Shown piece after piece: positions 1 through 13,409 of a stretch of 64,000 nucleotides of DNA (its first letter is position 1; every line of letters starts with the position of its first letter). Under the pieces are notes generated by a model. That model was not told the DNA's origin. It was given only the letters and a program-made list of their open reading frames with translations, and ran no database searches. Source of the stretch: Vermamoeba vermiformis (taxonomy: Eukaryota); contig JBEWZL010000184.1 in NCBI GenBank assembly GCA_045837725.1, forward strand, positions 186,001 through 250,000, written 5' to 3'. Both the position numbers and the translations under genes were made by a program.

Positions 1-1
1 T

Positions 2-262
2 GTCAAGTTAGCTACTATCGTCGTCGATGACAGCGAGCCTAGCAACACTGATGAGATCACCTACGATCACCGTGAAGGCGAGACCACGTTGGCGATCGAA
101 ACAGTGTTCCCGCCGCAGTTCAAGTACGTGTTGGTCGGTGGCAGAACACCAACAGAAGGTCACATCGCTGACTTTCGGGTCCGCGACTACAACGAGGGTA
201 GCAGCGACAAGTTGCTAGCCTTAATCTACCGCCTGAGTAATCTCAAGAGATATACACGGTAG
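2..262 (+). CDS. 3' end of a hypothetical protein (partial, runs off window start)
   Basis: Open frame from base 2 (VKLATIVVDDSEPSN...LSNLKRYTR) to TAG at 260-262; coding-like composition; no recognisable motif. Confidence 0.45.
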   Translation, partial: VKLATIVVDDSEPSNTDEITYDHREGETTLAIETVFPPQFKYVLVGGRTPTEGHIADFRVRDYNEGSSDKLLALIYRLSNLKRYTR

Positions 263-670
263 CCTTTGTTCCTACTTACTCGGGCGGCTATGGCCGTTGC
301 TGCTTGGAAGTCCACACATCTAATGGTCAAGCGACCGACTACTTCTTGAACTAAGATGCCTTTTTCTTGCAAACAATAACGATGATAACCACTGTCACTT
401 GAAGGACTGACACGGTCTGTTTGCGAGGATTCTTGTTTGGACGTCACCGAACCAAAAGTTGTAAATTGACCTTCAGAGCTATTATTGTTCAACTCTTTCA
501 TATCACCAACTAATTGCTAACAAAATAAGCTGCAGGTGTACTTAGTGGACTGGAGTATCTTCTCCTGCATGTCAACTTGTCATCAGCTTAGCAAAGGCTT
601 TTTTTGGCGTGTTTCTATTACTGTAAAGATATCAACACCACGAGACTAGCAATCGAACAACTACAAGAAA

Positions 671-2996
671 ATGATAGTAATCAAATTAGTCGTTTTACTA
701 GCCATTTGCGTCTCGTGTCGTGGATGGCTGATCCTCAATGACACCCAAATAACTTGTCCTGGAGTGATTTATCCTCATTCGATGCAAGGATCCGATATGG
801 TGGAAGGACTAGTGGTTTATGACAACAGCTCAGATATCGCAGGCAAAATTGTGGTCTCTCATATTGGATATCCAACAGCCGTCCGGGATTTGCAAAATCA
901 AGGAGCAATCGGTGTTATATTCGTAGAATTTGCACGTAAGTATAGAATATAATACCATCTAAAAGAAATTAAATAAGCGGTTAAATACTTCTAACTTTCT
1001 ACTTGTCTTTGGATAACAAATCGCAATAATTGATTATATGGCTATGTAAAGCATTAATTGGTAACCACGCACCAATATTCTTGACATTTGCGAGCTTTTT
1101 TCCGAGGATGAAATTATTTAACGAGGATCTGCCCGCGATCCACAATTTAATTCGTCAATGATTACATTCAGATATGATTGCGTTACGCAAACTATAATAA
1201 GCGTGCGAGAATCCGATTAGCTCCTGTTTCATTAACTAATTTGGAAATGTCTTTTATTTCATGACACAATGTTGTAAAAACGGGGAACAAGCGATCCGAA
1301 TCAAATATAGCAGAGAACTAATTATAACTTATTCTTATAGTTGTCCCTGGTCTTGCTATGTTTGCTGTTAGCGGAAATGAGCGCGATATAGCCATTCCCG
1401 TTTGTCAAACCTTTCAAGCGAACATCGATCTTGTCCTCGGACAAATCGTGCAACTGGATCCGACCGGTATGTCGTTGAATATTATTAATTAGCTCAATTT
1501 TAGCAAGCAACACTACAATCAAGTTGTTATTCAGCCGCAAAACCTTTACAGCAATTGCAATTTTTTGACACTGACCTTGGATCTTGTTCACAGAGCCCAA
1601 TCAGTGGGCCATTGTCAACGGCAGTCCAGTAACTATCGTATTTCAAGTGGTAGTCGCAGCATTTTGCCTCACAAACATCGTTCTTGCTATTCATCGCAGC
1701 GCATTATTTGTTCGTGCATTTGGTCCCGTAATCGGATTCGCTCAAATCTGTCTAGCATGCGAGATTATAGCCAATACAGGTACATAATAGTAATAGTATT
1801 AACAATAGTAATAACTCCTGGTGTGCTTAGCGCGACTAGTTTATGCGGCTGTAGATCCAGCCTTCACGCGTCAAATCTTCCCGTTCACAGTTGGTTACGT
1901 GCTACTCACCGTCAGCTTTCCATTCACATTTGCAGCACTGTTCTTGATGACATTCTACTGGCACGAAATGATCTCCAAGACCTCGTTGAAAATCAACAGG
2001 TTCCTTGGTCGCAGTCGCATTGCATTTTTTGTGGTGATCGGGCTGTTATTTGCCATTGAAATTGTCACCGGTCCATTCCGCACAGCAGGTGCGTAATAGC
2101 CATGATGACCTTGTAACGTTGAATAACACAACTTTTAGAGTACGATATCACCACTACCATTTTAGTGGTCGGTATTGTCTACGGCGCAGTCGCCGTGTTC
2201 GTGGCAGTGTTCTATTGGTTCACTGGCGGTCGTGTCATTGCCTACTTGGCGAGAAGATCACGTGCCAACAGTGACTTGACACTGATCATGTTACGACGAG
2301 TAAGTCACAGGCCTCAATTTGACACGTATCAACAGAAATCTCATCATTGTCCTGCAGACATCAACACGTGTTGTTGTGAGCGGTGTGTTGCTGCTCATGT
2401 TCATCGGTTCGATGGCATTCATCACCTTCCCGGCCTTCAAACAGCCCTTGGCCATCATTCTCATCTGGTTCTTGGCGTACATGTTTTTGAGTGGCACGAG
2501 CATGTTGCAAATTCTGTCGTTCTACCCTCGTCTCATGTCGTCAGTGGGCTCATCGTCCGTCAATATGAACAGAGCATCTGCTTCGTATAGAAATCAACGC
2601 TCGCTGAATAGTCGTCGCGAAGGGTCAACGCTTCAAGACCCAATTGCGAGCTCAACTAACGACGACGGCAAGATTGAAGACCTGGTCGAGTCACGCAGCT
2701 CATCGCACTCATCTGAGCCTGAAAATCAAGACAAGACTGGCCAAGGCCTGTCGATGTCATCGAACAAACCACTCGCTACGAAGAGTGCTAGCGATGTGAT
2801 TGACAAGACTATAACTGACTCTGAAGTGAAGATCATTGAAGACACGAGTGCCAGTGAGAGCTATTCCTCTGAAGATGACGTAAAAAAGGTATCAAAATCG
2901 AGTTCTGATGAAAGTCAATCGTCATCATCTGAGTCAAAAGAGCAGATTGCCGAAGAAAAGAATCAAAGCTCTTCTGAGAGCCAGAGCGATGATTAG
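671..2996 (+). CDS. Signal peptide + PA-like extracellular domain + ~6-7 TM membrane protein (GPCR-like) with Ser/acidic tail; multi-exon
   Basis: Hydrophobic N-terminus; 'DIAGKIVV...LQNQGAIGVIF...DIAIPV' resembles a PA domain; successive hydrophobic exons 1594-2520; GT-AG introns at ~936, 1467, 1779, 2089, 2300 and one probable GC-AG intron at 1537. Confidence 0.65.
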
Positions 2997-3201
2997 AACA
3001 TGTGCCTAGTTGCGATGTACAGTTATTTATTGCATGTAAATTAATAAGAATACGAGTAGCTAAAATTCAATGGCTCAACGCCAATTCGCCAATAGTGTAT
3101 CTCTGTTGTATCTCGCAACGCTTGAAATTTCTGAACCGAAACGACCCGTTTCGCGAGCTGGCATTCAATCATTCAGTTCAATTCAAGAACATACCGACAA
3201 C

Positions 3202-4393
3202 ATGCCTCGACAGTTATTCACCATTCTCATCGTAGCATATTTTACGAACGTAAGCCAAACAAACAAGTATCGGAGAATTCATTGTTTAACGACAATTCGC
3301 CAGGTGATCTACACTCAACAATGCCAAACAAATGACTTCGTCGTCACTAATGGCCAAGAAGTGTTTTTAAAAATCACCTCCACGAAAGATGTGCAAGCGT
3401 GTGGCGTCAATGTTTGGCATCCAAACTCTTTCTTTGTCTACCGACGGGAACATTCAGATTACTAACGGCAACACCATCTCTCTCCCCGACAACAGTCCTT
3501 CAAACGAACTCCAATCCCTCACTCTGAACAACGGAAAACTCTCCTTGTCACAAGATGGCGGCGTCGTCACTCTGCCAGACGACAATTCGGCCAACGAACT
3601 CCAGCAACTGTCACTATCTAATGATGGAACGAAGGTCGTGTTGAATTTGGGAGGTGGATCTGCCGATTTAACTCAATTCGCCTGCGCAGCGGGAACGTCC
3701 TCCTTGTGCACACGTTTAGCGCAGCAAGAATCCCTATTAACCAGTCTTCAATCAACAGTAACGCTACTCAGTACCAAGCTGGACTCCGTGCAACAACAAC
3801 TTTCAGACACGAACGCGCAGTTGGTGGGAACAATTATTCCCCACGGATCTGCCAACCTGCCGTCAGGATGGCTTCTTTGCAACGGAGATGCGATCAGCCG
3901 ATCCACTTATAGTCGCTTATTTGCCGTCATTGGCATCACATACGGTCTTGGAGATGGAATTTCAACGTTCAACCTGCCTGATCTCCGCGGAAGGACTGTT
4001 GTTGGCTCTGGTGCTGGTGCCGGATTGACCAACAGAACAATCAACACCAAATTTGGTTCAGAAACTGTGTCTCTGGCCGTGGAACAGCTGCCCTCTCACA
4101 ACCATCCTGGAAGTGTCACAGCGAAGGACGGCGGGCACGACCATGGAAATTTGATTGGGCGGGATAGCACTAATTACTTTCCTGCGTACTCTCAGGGCGG
4201 AGGAAGTGGCGCAGGCTATTACTTGAGACCGAACACAGAATTGCCAAATGCTGGAAATGGTGGAGCTATCCCATGGAAGATGACAGATCCTGCTCCTCAC
4301 ACGCACTCCGTTAACGTGGCCAGTCAAGGAAGCGGTGCTGCTGTCCCAATTCTACCCCCTTCAATAACTTTAAACTATGTAATTAAATATTAA
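3202..4393 (+). CDS. Secreted fibre-like protein: signal peptide, NELQ stalk repeats, coiled coil, phage tail-collar domain and HxH tip; frame break at ~3415
   Basis: ATG 3202 MPRQLFTILIVAYFTN, intron 3250-3303; collar motif GTIIPHGSANLPSGWLLCNGDAISRSTYSRLFAVIGITYG...FNLPDLRGR; HNH/HDH/HTH motifs; ends LNYVIKY. Confidence 0.8.
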
Positions 4394-4461
4394 ATCACAA
4401 CTGAACAAAGTTCATTTTTTCTTTTGACGAGCACTAGCAACCACACCTGTCATTGCACGAC

Positions 4462-5144
4462 ATGAGCGAGTTTGACCACTGTTTCGATTCTGAAGAGCTC
4501 ATCGGTACGTTTATAATATGACCATTGATAGTGCGTTACTAATATAGCTAAACTAGCCAGCGGGAATTATCCTGATTTTGGCAGGATCATTTACTTCGCG
4601 TCAAAAAAACCAAAAGATTTAAATATAGCCTTGATGAAATCCGATACTGCTACATTATTACTACCAGACCTCGATATTGAAGTAATTTTGCGAATTTTTT
4701 TGGATAGATATTGATATTTCGTTTCAGATCCCCCCTGGCAAGGGCAGGTATACAACAATTGAAGAATTTTTGAAGGAAATATACGAAGATTTACAGCATT
4801 CAGGGTAATCTCAACTTTAATAAATTGACATGTTTGTAACACCGTTTGATCCAGCGGTTACTTTGTGGATCCAGTTCAAAAAGAGAATATGCGCAAGAAA
4901 CTCGATTCATTGTATAAAGTAGGTTAAATATATGATGAATCTGATATTTAGATACTTATGCTTGCAGATGATGCGTGGCGAAGAAGGCTGCAAGTTAGTG
5001 GTGCGAGATCCGCTGGGCAACATCAGCATCGAGTGCGACGATGATAATAAAGTGCAAATAGAAGACTTTGTGCGCTCACACGATGATTGTCAAGAACTCG
5101 GTGTACCTTACGGCATTGAAGTCGCTAGACCGCAAGGAGGCTGA
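4462..5144 (+). CDS. ZPR1-like protein (single A/B-type module, no zinc finger); multi-exon
   Basis: Spliced peptide GRIIYF...DLNIALMKSDTATLLLPDLDIEIPPGKGRYTTIEEFL...KLVVRDPLGNISIE...FVRSHDDCQELG matches the ZPR1 A/B domain pattern. Confidence 0.65.
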
Positions 5145-5380
5145 CTTGTGATTGTTAATAAAACCACACTTCTTAATCCCAGTAATTTATTAATACCATC
5201 GAATATAATAGATAAGTTTAATTGCATTATTCACAGAGTCCTGAAAATGTCGCGTCGGAGCAAAAATTTTCATTTTTTTTGTTGGCCGCAGCGACGTTGT
5301 CTATTTATTCGTGCTTCGAACACTGAAGACCACGTAGCAACACTTTTAATCACCAGTGATTTCATTTAATTGGCAGCACC

Positions 5381-6528
5381 ATGCTCAGATTCGTGACACG
5401 AGGTACCATCCGTTCCTTCTTATCACAAAATGGCAAGAAAAATCAAGGGATAATTTTTGAGGTAATAATGGCGTTCATAAAATATTATTATCATACCTGG
5501 GCAATCAAAGCGATTTATTAAAATAATAGTAATTATTTGATCTGAACTCATTATTATTTTCAAATTGCAGCTTTCACATAAGAAGAAAAAGACCACATCC
5601 CTTGGTTTTTCTGCCACTTCATCTCAGAATCGCTCGCTCTTTACCAGTTTCAAAACAAGAGAAAGCGATCCGTTGAATAAAAACCAGAAAGATACTAAAG
5701 ACCCTTTCAAAGACAAGCCCGTGGCCAAAGAAGAACTTGCACGCGTCACTAGAACATTGGACGAAATTTGTGACGTCAATCAACTGCAACAAGAATCGAA
5801 AGAGAAGATCATCGAGATCTGGAAGGCTTTCCATCTCAACAAGCACTGTGTCTTTGCTACTATTGACTCCGATACATGGACCAAGCTCAGTGCTCGCATG
5901 AAAGAATTCCCTATGTTCATTTTGCCACGTACGTACTGTGCGATCCAACTGTTGTAGATCCACCATTTCACGCACCCCACTAATACTTCTACAGCATCAT
6001 ATTGACTTCATATTTATAGTACCTAAAGGCAAGGGCGTTGAGTTCATGTTAGTACAACATCAAGGCGACACATCGCTATTCACTTCATTGGCAGAGTTCA
6101 AATCTCAAGGTGTTCAAGCCAAACCTGCCTTGAAATTGAAGCACTACGCTGAACTTCAACACACTAAGGGCGTAAGTATATTATATAAAGTACCTTATAA
6201 ATTTATATTAACATGATTGTAGGTCGTTTTGATGCGTGGTGAACTTGATCCAGAGCGCGTTACACTTCTCGAAGCACAAGTAAGATAAATAAGTAAGCTA
6301 TGCATTTGAGTGTATTATACTAACCAATACTATTTGTAGTTGCTCGTCAATCAGTTACAGTTGCACTACTTGGATCCACCACGTTTGAAGCACGTTGAGA
6401 CATTCAACAAGAGACCCAACGAATTCGATTACAACGTCTTGCTCGATCAGATTTCAGTCTCTGAACTCAATCAACAAGGCGAGAAGACTGAAGCTAAGAA
6501 TAATACGAATGAAAACAAGAGCTCCTAA
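5381..6528 (+). CDS. ATP11: Mitochondrial F1-ATPase assembly factor ATP11/ATPAF1; multi-exon
   Basis: Arg-rich presequence; TLDEIC...IIEIW...FPMFILPVPK...FTSLAEFK...KGVVLMRGE...LVNQLQLHY...VETFNKRPNEFDY. Confidence 0.88.
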
Positions 6529-6687
6529 TAAATCGTTCAACTGTAATTAACCAATCAACCATTTCGATTTCTGTGGCCCTTGTTCATGCTACTTAGTTAC
6601 ATTATTATCGGACATTCGTGTTAGCAGTAGCATTAATTCTCGCTCGCGTGTTGTAGTTGAAATAACGTCGCGTATTTATTACTCGTT

Positions 6688-7408
6688 TTAATCAGCGAGG
6701 TCACCAATGTAGTATTGCGACACCATATCTTCAACAGTGGCAGGGTGCTGTTCACCATAAAAGCCTGCAACAAAATTATCAGTACGAGGTGTATCAAGGG
6801 CGCGTGGTTCATGAACGCGCCAAATCGTCAATAAAATTACCATCAGTGTTATCATTGCCCGCGTTGATAAAGATCTTATCACCTCCAGGGTGGTGGCTAA
6901 TGTAAGTAGTAACGTCGTAGACCTGATTATAGGCATCAGTATTATGGAAGGAATATTTGAAAATGAGGTTAATGAAGTGGATCCGACGCGCCACTTCTAA
7001 AATGATTGTTAAAGCGTACCTTATTTTTAATAATCAACCAACAGTCTTCTGCGCTATTGTGCTCGGCAACTTCTTTGCGGGTGTACTTCTAGACGAGTAA
7101 CGTAATTAATTTTAATTGGTAATATCAACAAAATATCGCAGACATACCTTTCCAGTAACGGCAGGCTTCTTAATGGCTAAATAAATTATGAGCATTAATA
7201 TCAGTCGTTAAGCTATTGAACGACACGGGATCAGATCGTCACCGACGTTTCACGCCCGATACTTACCAGTAATAGTGGTCTTGTTGCGAGTGCTAGTAGG
7301 GCCACTGGTCAACTTTTTAATCAAAATCCAAATGGCAACAGCGGCAACAGCAACCAAAACGATATTGGATGTGCCGAAATCTGCAACGGTCGTAGCTTGA
7401 GTCGACAT
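6688..7408 (-). CDS. Cytochrome b5-like heme-binding protein with N-terminal TM anchor; multi-exon
   Basis: [36 protein letters not shown]...GFYGEQHP...YYIGDL; hydrophobic N-terminal segment. Confidence 0.88.
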
Positions 7409-7605
7409 TATGGTCTTTTTGTATAAAATATACTTGGTGGTGCTTCTCCTTAGGCGAATAAGACAAGCCTATCGCAGCAGCTGCGAATGATTTGGTCGTC
7501 CCAACCAATTTTGATGGTCAAATTTTTGTGGCCGAGCAAAACCAAGACTTGTTGTGCGATAAATCTTACTTTTAGTTTTACAAACACACAACTACAGTAA
7601 CCAAA

Positions 7606-8436
<831 letters not shown>

Positions 8437-8721
8437 AATCTGTTTTGTTATATTTTACTTGTATAATGGGACGACTTGTTCGTATATAAAGAGTGTTAAA
8501 CCTAAATTTGACCGAGATCTGTTTGTGCACGCGCCTTTCTCGGGCGACTAGCTTGCATTGCCATATAAACCTGCACGTTAGATACTATTGGTAGGCATTA
8601 GTCTGTGTTGTAATAGATGTTGTTCAAGCTTTGGTTCTTTATGTGAGCCCACACTGGCTGGCATAAAGGCGAAGGAAATTAAGTTGTTCGTTTTAAGTTT
8701 TTGAATTATTGACGGATCAAC

Positions 8722-9036
8722 ATGAAAGCTATCACTTGCTTGCTTATCACCGCCCTCGTGGCCGTGTGCTTGATACAATTGGCTTCAGCTGCTTTGCCTG
8801 TTAAGAACCTCAACAAGAAAGGAGTGAAGATTGGAGACAAAACCATCTGCCCTGTCAGCGGCAAGGTCATCACTGTTGCTGCGGATACACCCAAAGAACT
8901 CTATGATGGCGTTACATACTATTTTTGCTGCGCTCACTGTGCAGAGAAGTTCTTGAAGCACCCTGATTTATACGTTGATCCTCTCAAGAGCCACCCCGAG
9001 GTCCTTTTGACCCGTGAAGATGTATTAAATAACTAA
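8722..9036 (+). CDS. Small secreted YHS/TRASH metal-binding domain protein, intronless
   Basis: Signal peptide then CPVSGKVI...YDGVTYYFCCAHCAEKFLKHPDLY. Confidence 0.8.
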   Translation: MKAITCLLITALVAVCLIQLASAALPVKNLNKKGVKIGDKTICPVSGKVITVAADTPKELYDGVTYYFCCAHCAEKFLKHPDLYVDPLKSHPEVLLTREDVLNN

Positions 9037-9532
9037 TTATTAAATAGGATATTATTTGTGAATATAGGAAAATATTGAATATTATTTTCGATTTTTCTCG
9101 ATCAACCGGAGTTCTGATATTTCAGCATTACTAATTAATCCAGGCACACTAGAGCAATGGCCTATTCAGAACAAATAATGATTTCTTTTTTGGCAGCTAA
9201 CTAAGCAATAATCGAAAGGTCTTCTTGCAAGCACTGGAATCTTCGGCGCACTCCAGAAACAATACTTCAATTTCAACTGCAACAGGCTGTTACTGTGTAT
9301 TTGTCATCAACGGGTAGTCTCGAGACAGAAGATTCTAATCTGCGGAGCCGGAGATCGTATTTAGTTATTCGGGAATTCTTGGACCCTCCAAATTTACGTG
9401 GCATCGCGACTAATTATTATTCTTTCAAGACTTCCGGCAAATATAAATAGCAGAAAAAAATGGCAGTTTAATTCAACAATCAAAACAGTGTACAGCACCA
9501 CAAGTCTACAGCTCTTCAACAAGAACTACAAG

Positions 9533-10960
9533 ATGTCCGTAACTATTAAGATCACCTTCAACGACGACTTGCGCCGTGTTACCTTACCCTCAACTACTAC
9601 ATTCGACGAACTCAAGAACCGTCTTAGCCAAATGTTCTCCAACTACGTTTTGAGCAACCGTTTGAGCTACATCGACGACGAGGACGATCGCGTTACCATT
9701 CAAACTACTGAAGAGCTGCAAGAAGCTTTCCGCTTGTCTCGAGGAGGTGTCTTGCGTTTATTTGTCGAAGAGAATTTCGATGAAGAAGACGAAGACGCTG
9801 ACTACGAAGAACTTGACTCAGATGACGAATCTGACGACCGAGTACACTCTGCAATTTGCGACAACTGTGACGAAAGAATCGTCGGCATTCGTTACAAATG
9901 CGGAAATTGCGCCGATTACGATCTCTGCCAATCTTGTGAAAAGCAAGACGGTGTTCACGACGCCACTCACCTCTTCATCAAGATCCGCTCTCCTCTCTCT
10001 CCTTGGGCCTCACCCGTGAGGTAAGTTATTAATTTTACTTATTAAACAGACAAGAAATTGTATATTCCGTTGATGATCAGAATCTAATCATAATTCGTCA
10101 TTAGAGTTTTGTTGCCCAACTTGTACCCTCAACAACAACACCAACAATTGCCTTGCTGGTTCCGCCGCGCACAACAATGTGCTGCTCAGTACGCTGAATG
10201 CCAAAAGCAACGCGAAGTTCAACGTGAGCAATACGAACAACATGCTCGACGCGTCCAACAAGCTCGTCAACAATGGTTCGAACAACTTCAAGCTCAACGT
10301 GCCGCTCAAGCCTCCAATGGCTGCCCTCGTTTCGCCGGTCAATGCGACCGCCCTGCTACCTCCGAGCAATCTCCCTTCGCCAACTTCTTCCAACACTTGA
10401 TCCAACAGATCGAAGCACTCAACGAGCGCGAGGAAGAAGAGACCAACACCAACACCAATTCCAACAACAACAATAACAACAATACCAATGAAAACACCGA
10501 GCAACCCAACCCTTTCAGAGTTGTCATTCACTTCCGCAACAACGAAGAGCAAAAAGAGGAACAAAAAGAAGAGAAGACTGAACAACAACAAACTCAGCCT
10601 GACGTCACTTCCTCTGAAGCTCTCGTCGAGGATGTTGTTGAAGACGCTCCCAAGCAACAATCCTACCAACCCCAAGAGAACCAGCCTATTTTGACCGACG
10701 CCCAACCCGAGCCAAGTGCCCCTGTTGTTGAAGAGCCCAAGCAACAAGTCGTTGAACAAGCCAAGCCCGTTGAGCCCAGCGCACCTATCGTCGAGTCTCT
10801 GCCCGTTGAAGAGAAGCCTAAGCGCGAATTGACTCGCTTCGAACAGCTCTTGAACACTCTCGAAGACATGGGCTTCACTGACCGACGCAAGAACATTGAA
10901 GTGCTCGTCAGAACTTCTGGCAACTTGGAGGCTGCTGTTCAATCACTGATCTCTTTCTAA
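9533..10960 (+). CDS. p62/SQSTM1/NBR1-like selective autophagy receptor (PB1-ZZ-UBA); one intron ~10021-10104
   Basis: PB1 (IKITFNDDLRR...YIDDEDDRVTI), ZZ finger (HSAICDNC...RYKCGNCADYDLCQSC...H..HLF), C-terminal UBA (LEDMGFTDRRKNIEVL...GNLEAAV). Confidence 0.88.
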
Positions 10961-11224
10961 GCGATAGCAATACCAACACTTTAAACTGTTTTGTAACTAA
11001 GCATTCATATTGTACAAACAAACTAATCAAACATTGTAAATAGTTGAGATTCAGTAAAGCAACTTTATAAAACAAATGTGCGTCATTTTTGTGATACTAC
11101 AGCCTGCTTGTGCATTCAAAGGCACGATACCGAGAATAATCACGTGCTTAATTTCAAATTTGTTAAAATAAGTGCCAAGCTTCTGAGAGCTTCTGTCCAA
11201 CACGTAACAAACAGAACAACACAA

Positions 11225-13232
11225 ATGTTCAACATTCAAAACTACATTGACGGAAAGTTCCAAGACGCAGCAAGTGGCAAATGGATTGATAATTATGAGC
11301 CTGCCACGGGCAAGGTCTATTCTCACGTTCCGGATTCAGATGAGACAGATCTGCAACAAGCTTATCTCGCTGCTAAGAAGGCCTTTGCGAGTTGGTCAAA
11401 ATTAACCAAGGAAACACGATCATCTTATTTATACAAAATCGCTGACGGGATCGAGAAGAGATTTGTAAGTGACCTTTGGTTTAATACTGTTTTAACGAGA
11501 AGCTAATTAAAAAAATACGCAATAATATCAATCAAGCACAGCTTAGTATAATCAATAATGTCCGAGAAGTTGGAAAATATTGATAATATTTATTATTAGA
11601 TTTTCAATTATTCGTTGCATTTATTGAAAATTCCTGCGCATATTAACGGAGATTAATAGGATGAATTTGCTGCCGCCGAAGCTAAAGATACAGGAAAGCC
11701 ATTGACATTGGCTAAAAATATGGACATTTCAAGAGCCATCGCTAATTTTAGGTACGGATCCGCACTTTTCTAGTAATCAGGTTCAGTGCTAATATTAAAT
11801 ACTCGCAGATTTTTCGCCGGCGCCGTTTTACACCACGAAGAAATGTCAACGGAGATGGACGGCGTGGCCATCAATTACACAGTCAGACAACCAGTACGTG
11901 CCACACTGAATTTTACCTGCCATTTAAGTCTAATGAATTACTCTAATAATCGTTAATAGGTCGGTGTTGTCGGTCTTATCTCCCCGTGGAATCTTCCTCT
12001 TTATTTATTGTCCTGGAAGGTAGCACCAGCCATCTCAGGTACGTGTCACCCCTTCTATTGCGCACTATGACGTGCCTAACACAATACCAATCGCTAGTCG
12101 GCAACACTGTTGTTTGCAAGCCCAGTGAAATGACATCTGTCACTGCCTGGTTGATGTGTCAAGTCATGCAAGAAGTTGGTTTGCCGCAAGGTGTTGTCAA
12201 CGTTGTCTGCGGTGTAAGTATTATTAATAGTACAAGCATTGTTATGGATAATCATAATTAATATTGATGTATTAGTACGGCCACAAAGCCGGCCAAGCAA
12301 TGGTCGTGCACGAAGATATTCGATTGATTTCATTCACTGGCGGCACTAAGACCGCTGAGTCCATCATCAAGAGCAGTGCACCGTTCTACAAGAAGTTGTC
12401 GCTGGAGTTGGGTGGCAAGAATCCTAACGTTATCTTTGACGACTGCAATATCGATCAATGTGTCGAGACTACAATCCGCAGCAGTTTTCTCAATCAAGGA
12501 GAGATCTGTTTGTGTGGTTCGAGAATTTACGTGCAAGAATCAATCTACGAAGAGTTCTTGCGCAAATTTTTGGCAAAGATTCGTGAGATGAAGATTGGCA
12601 ATCCTTTTGAGGCCACTACCAATGTCGGCGCATTGATTACTAAAGAACACATGGCCAAGGTCTTGTCGTACATTGAAATTGCCAAGAAAGACGGCAAAGT
12701 CGAGATTGGGGGCGGCAGACCTGACAATTTGCCCGACGAGTTGCGTGACGGTTATTTTGTGGCCCCAACTGTCATCACTGGTGAGTGCTTTAGATCGACA
12801 AAGGTACACGTACAAAGGACTAATTTATGGTTCTTAGGTGTTTCACAACAATCAGCGTGCATTCAAGATGAAATTTTTGGTCCTGTGGTCACAGTGTCTA
12901 CTTTCAAGACCGAAGAGGAGGCCATTGAACTCGCTAATGGCGTTAAATACGGCCTCGCAGCGTGTGTTTGGACTGAAAACGTGCGTCGTGCCAATCGAGT
13001 CGCATTAGCACTGCACGCAGGCACTGTCTGGGTCAACTGCTGGCTCGCTCGTGACTTGCGGTAAGACCCAACTTGAGACTAGTACGTATTAATACGAGAG
13101 CTAATGGATTGATTGCACAGAGTTCCATTCGGTGGCACTAAACACTCGGGCATTGGCCGTGAAGGAGGTAACTTCTCGATTGATTTTTACACCGAGCACA
13201 AGACCGTCTGTTTGAAGTACGCCGAGAAATAA
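11225..13232 (+). CDS. ALDH8A1: 2-aminomuconic semialdehyde dehydrogenase (ALDH8A1-like); multi-exon
   Basis: [67 protein letters not shown]. Confidence 0.9.
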
Positions 13233-13409
13233 TTTTTGATGCATTGACAGCTGAGTAACATTGTAGTAATAAACCAAGCACTTTAATTAACGAACACGTG
13301 CTGTTCTCCCTATTGATAGCATCTTTTTGTGGATCGATCCTCGTTTAGTGCAAACTTTACCAGCTGTTAAGTGGTACTTTGGCTCTATGAACTCGTGCTT
13401 GCTCATGCA

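Noticed and set aside
3000-4500. Prophage or contractile injection system locus around the tail-collar gene
   Set aside because: No sheath, tube, baseplate, capsid or integrase genes; neighbours are spliced eukaryotic genes
10088-10942. 284-aa minus-strand ORF and similar antisense ORFs elsewhere (e.g. 31470-31988, 18899-19276)
   Set aside because: Shadows of biased-codon or low-complexity sense genes; no motifs
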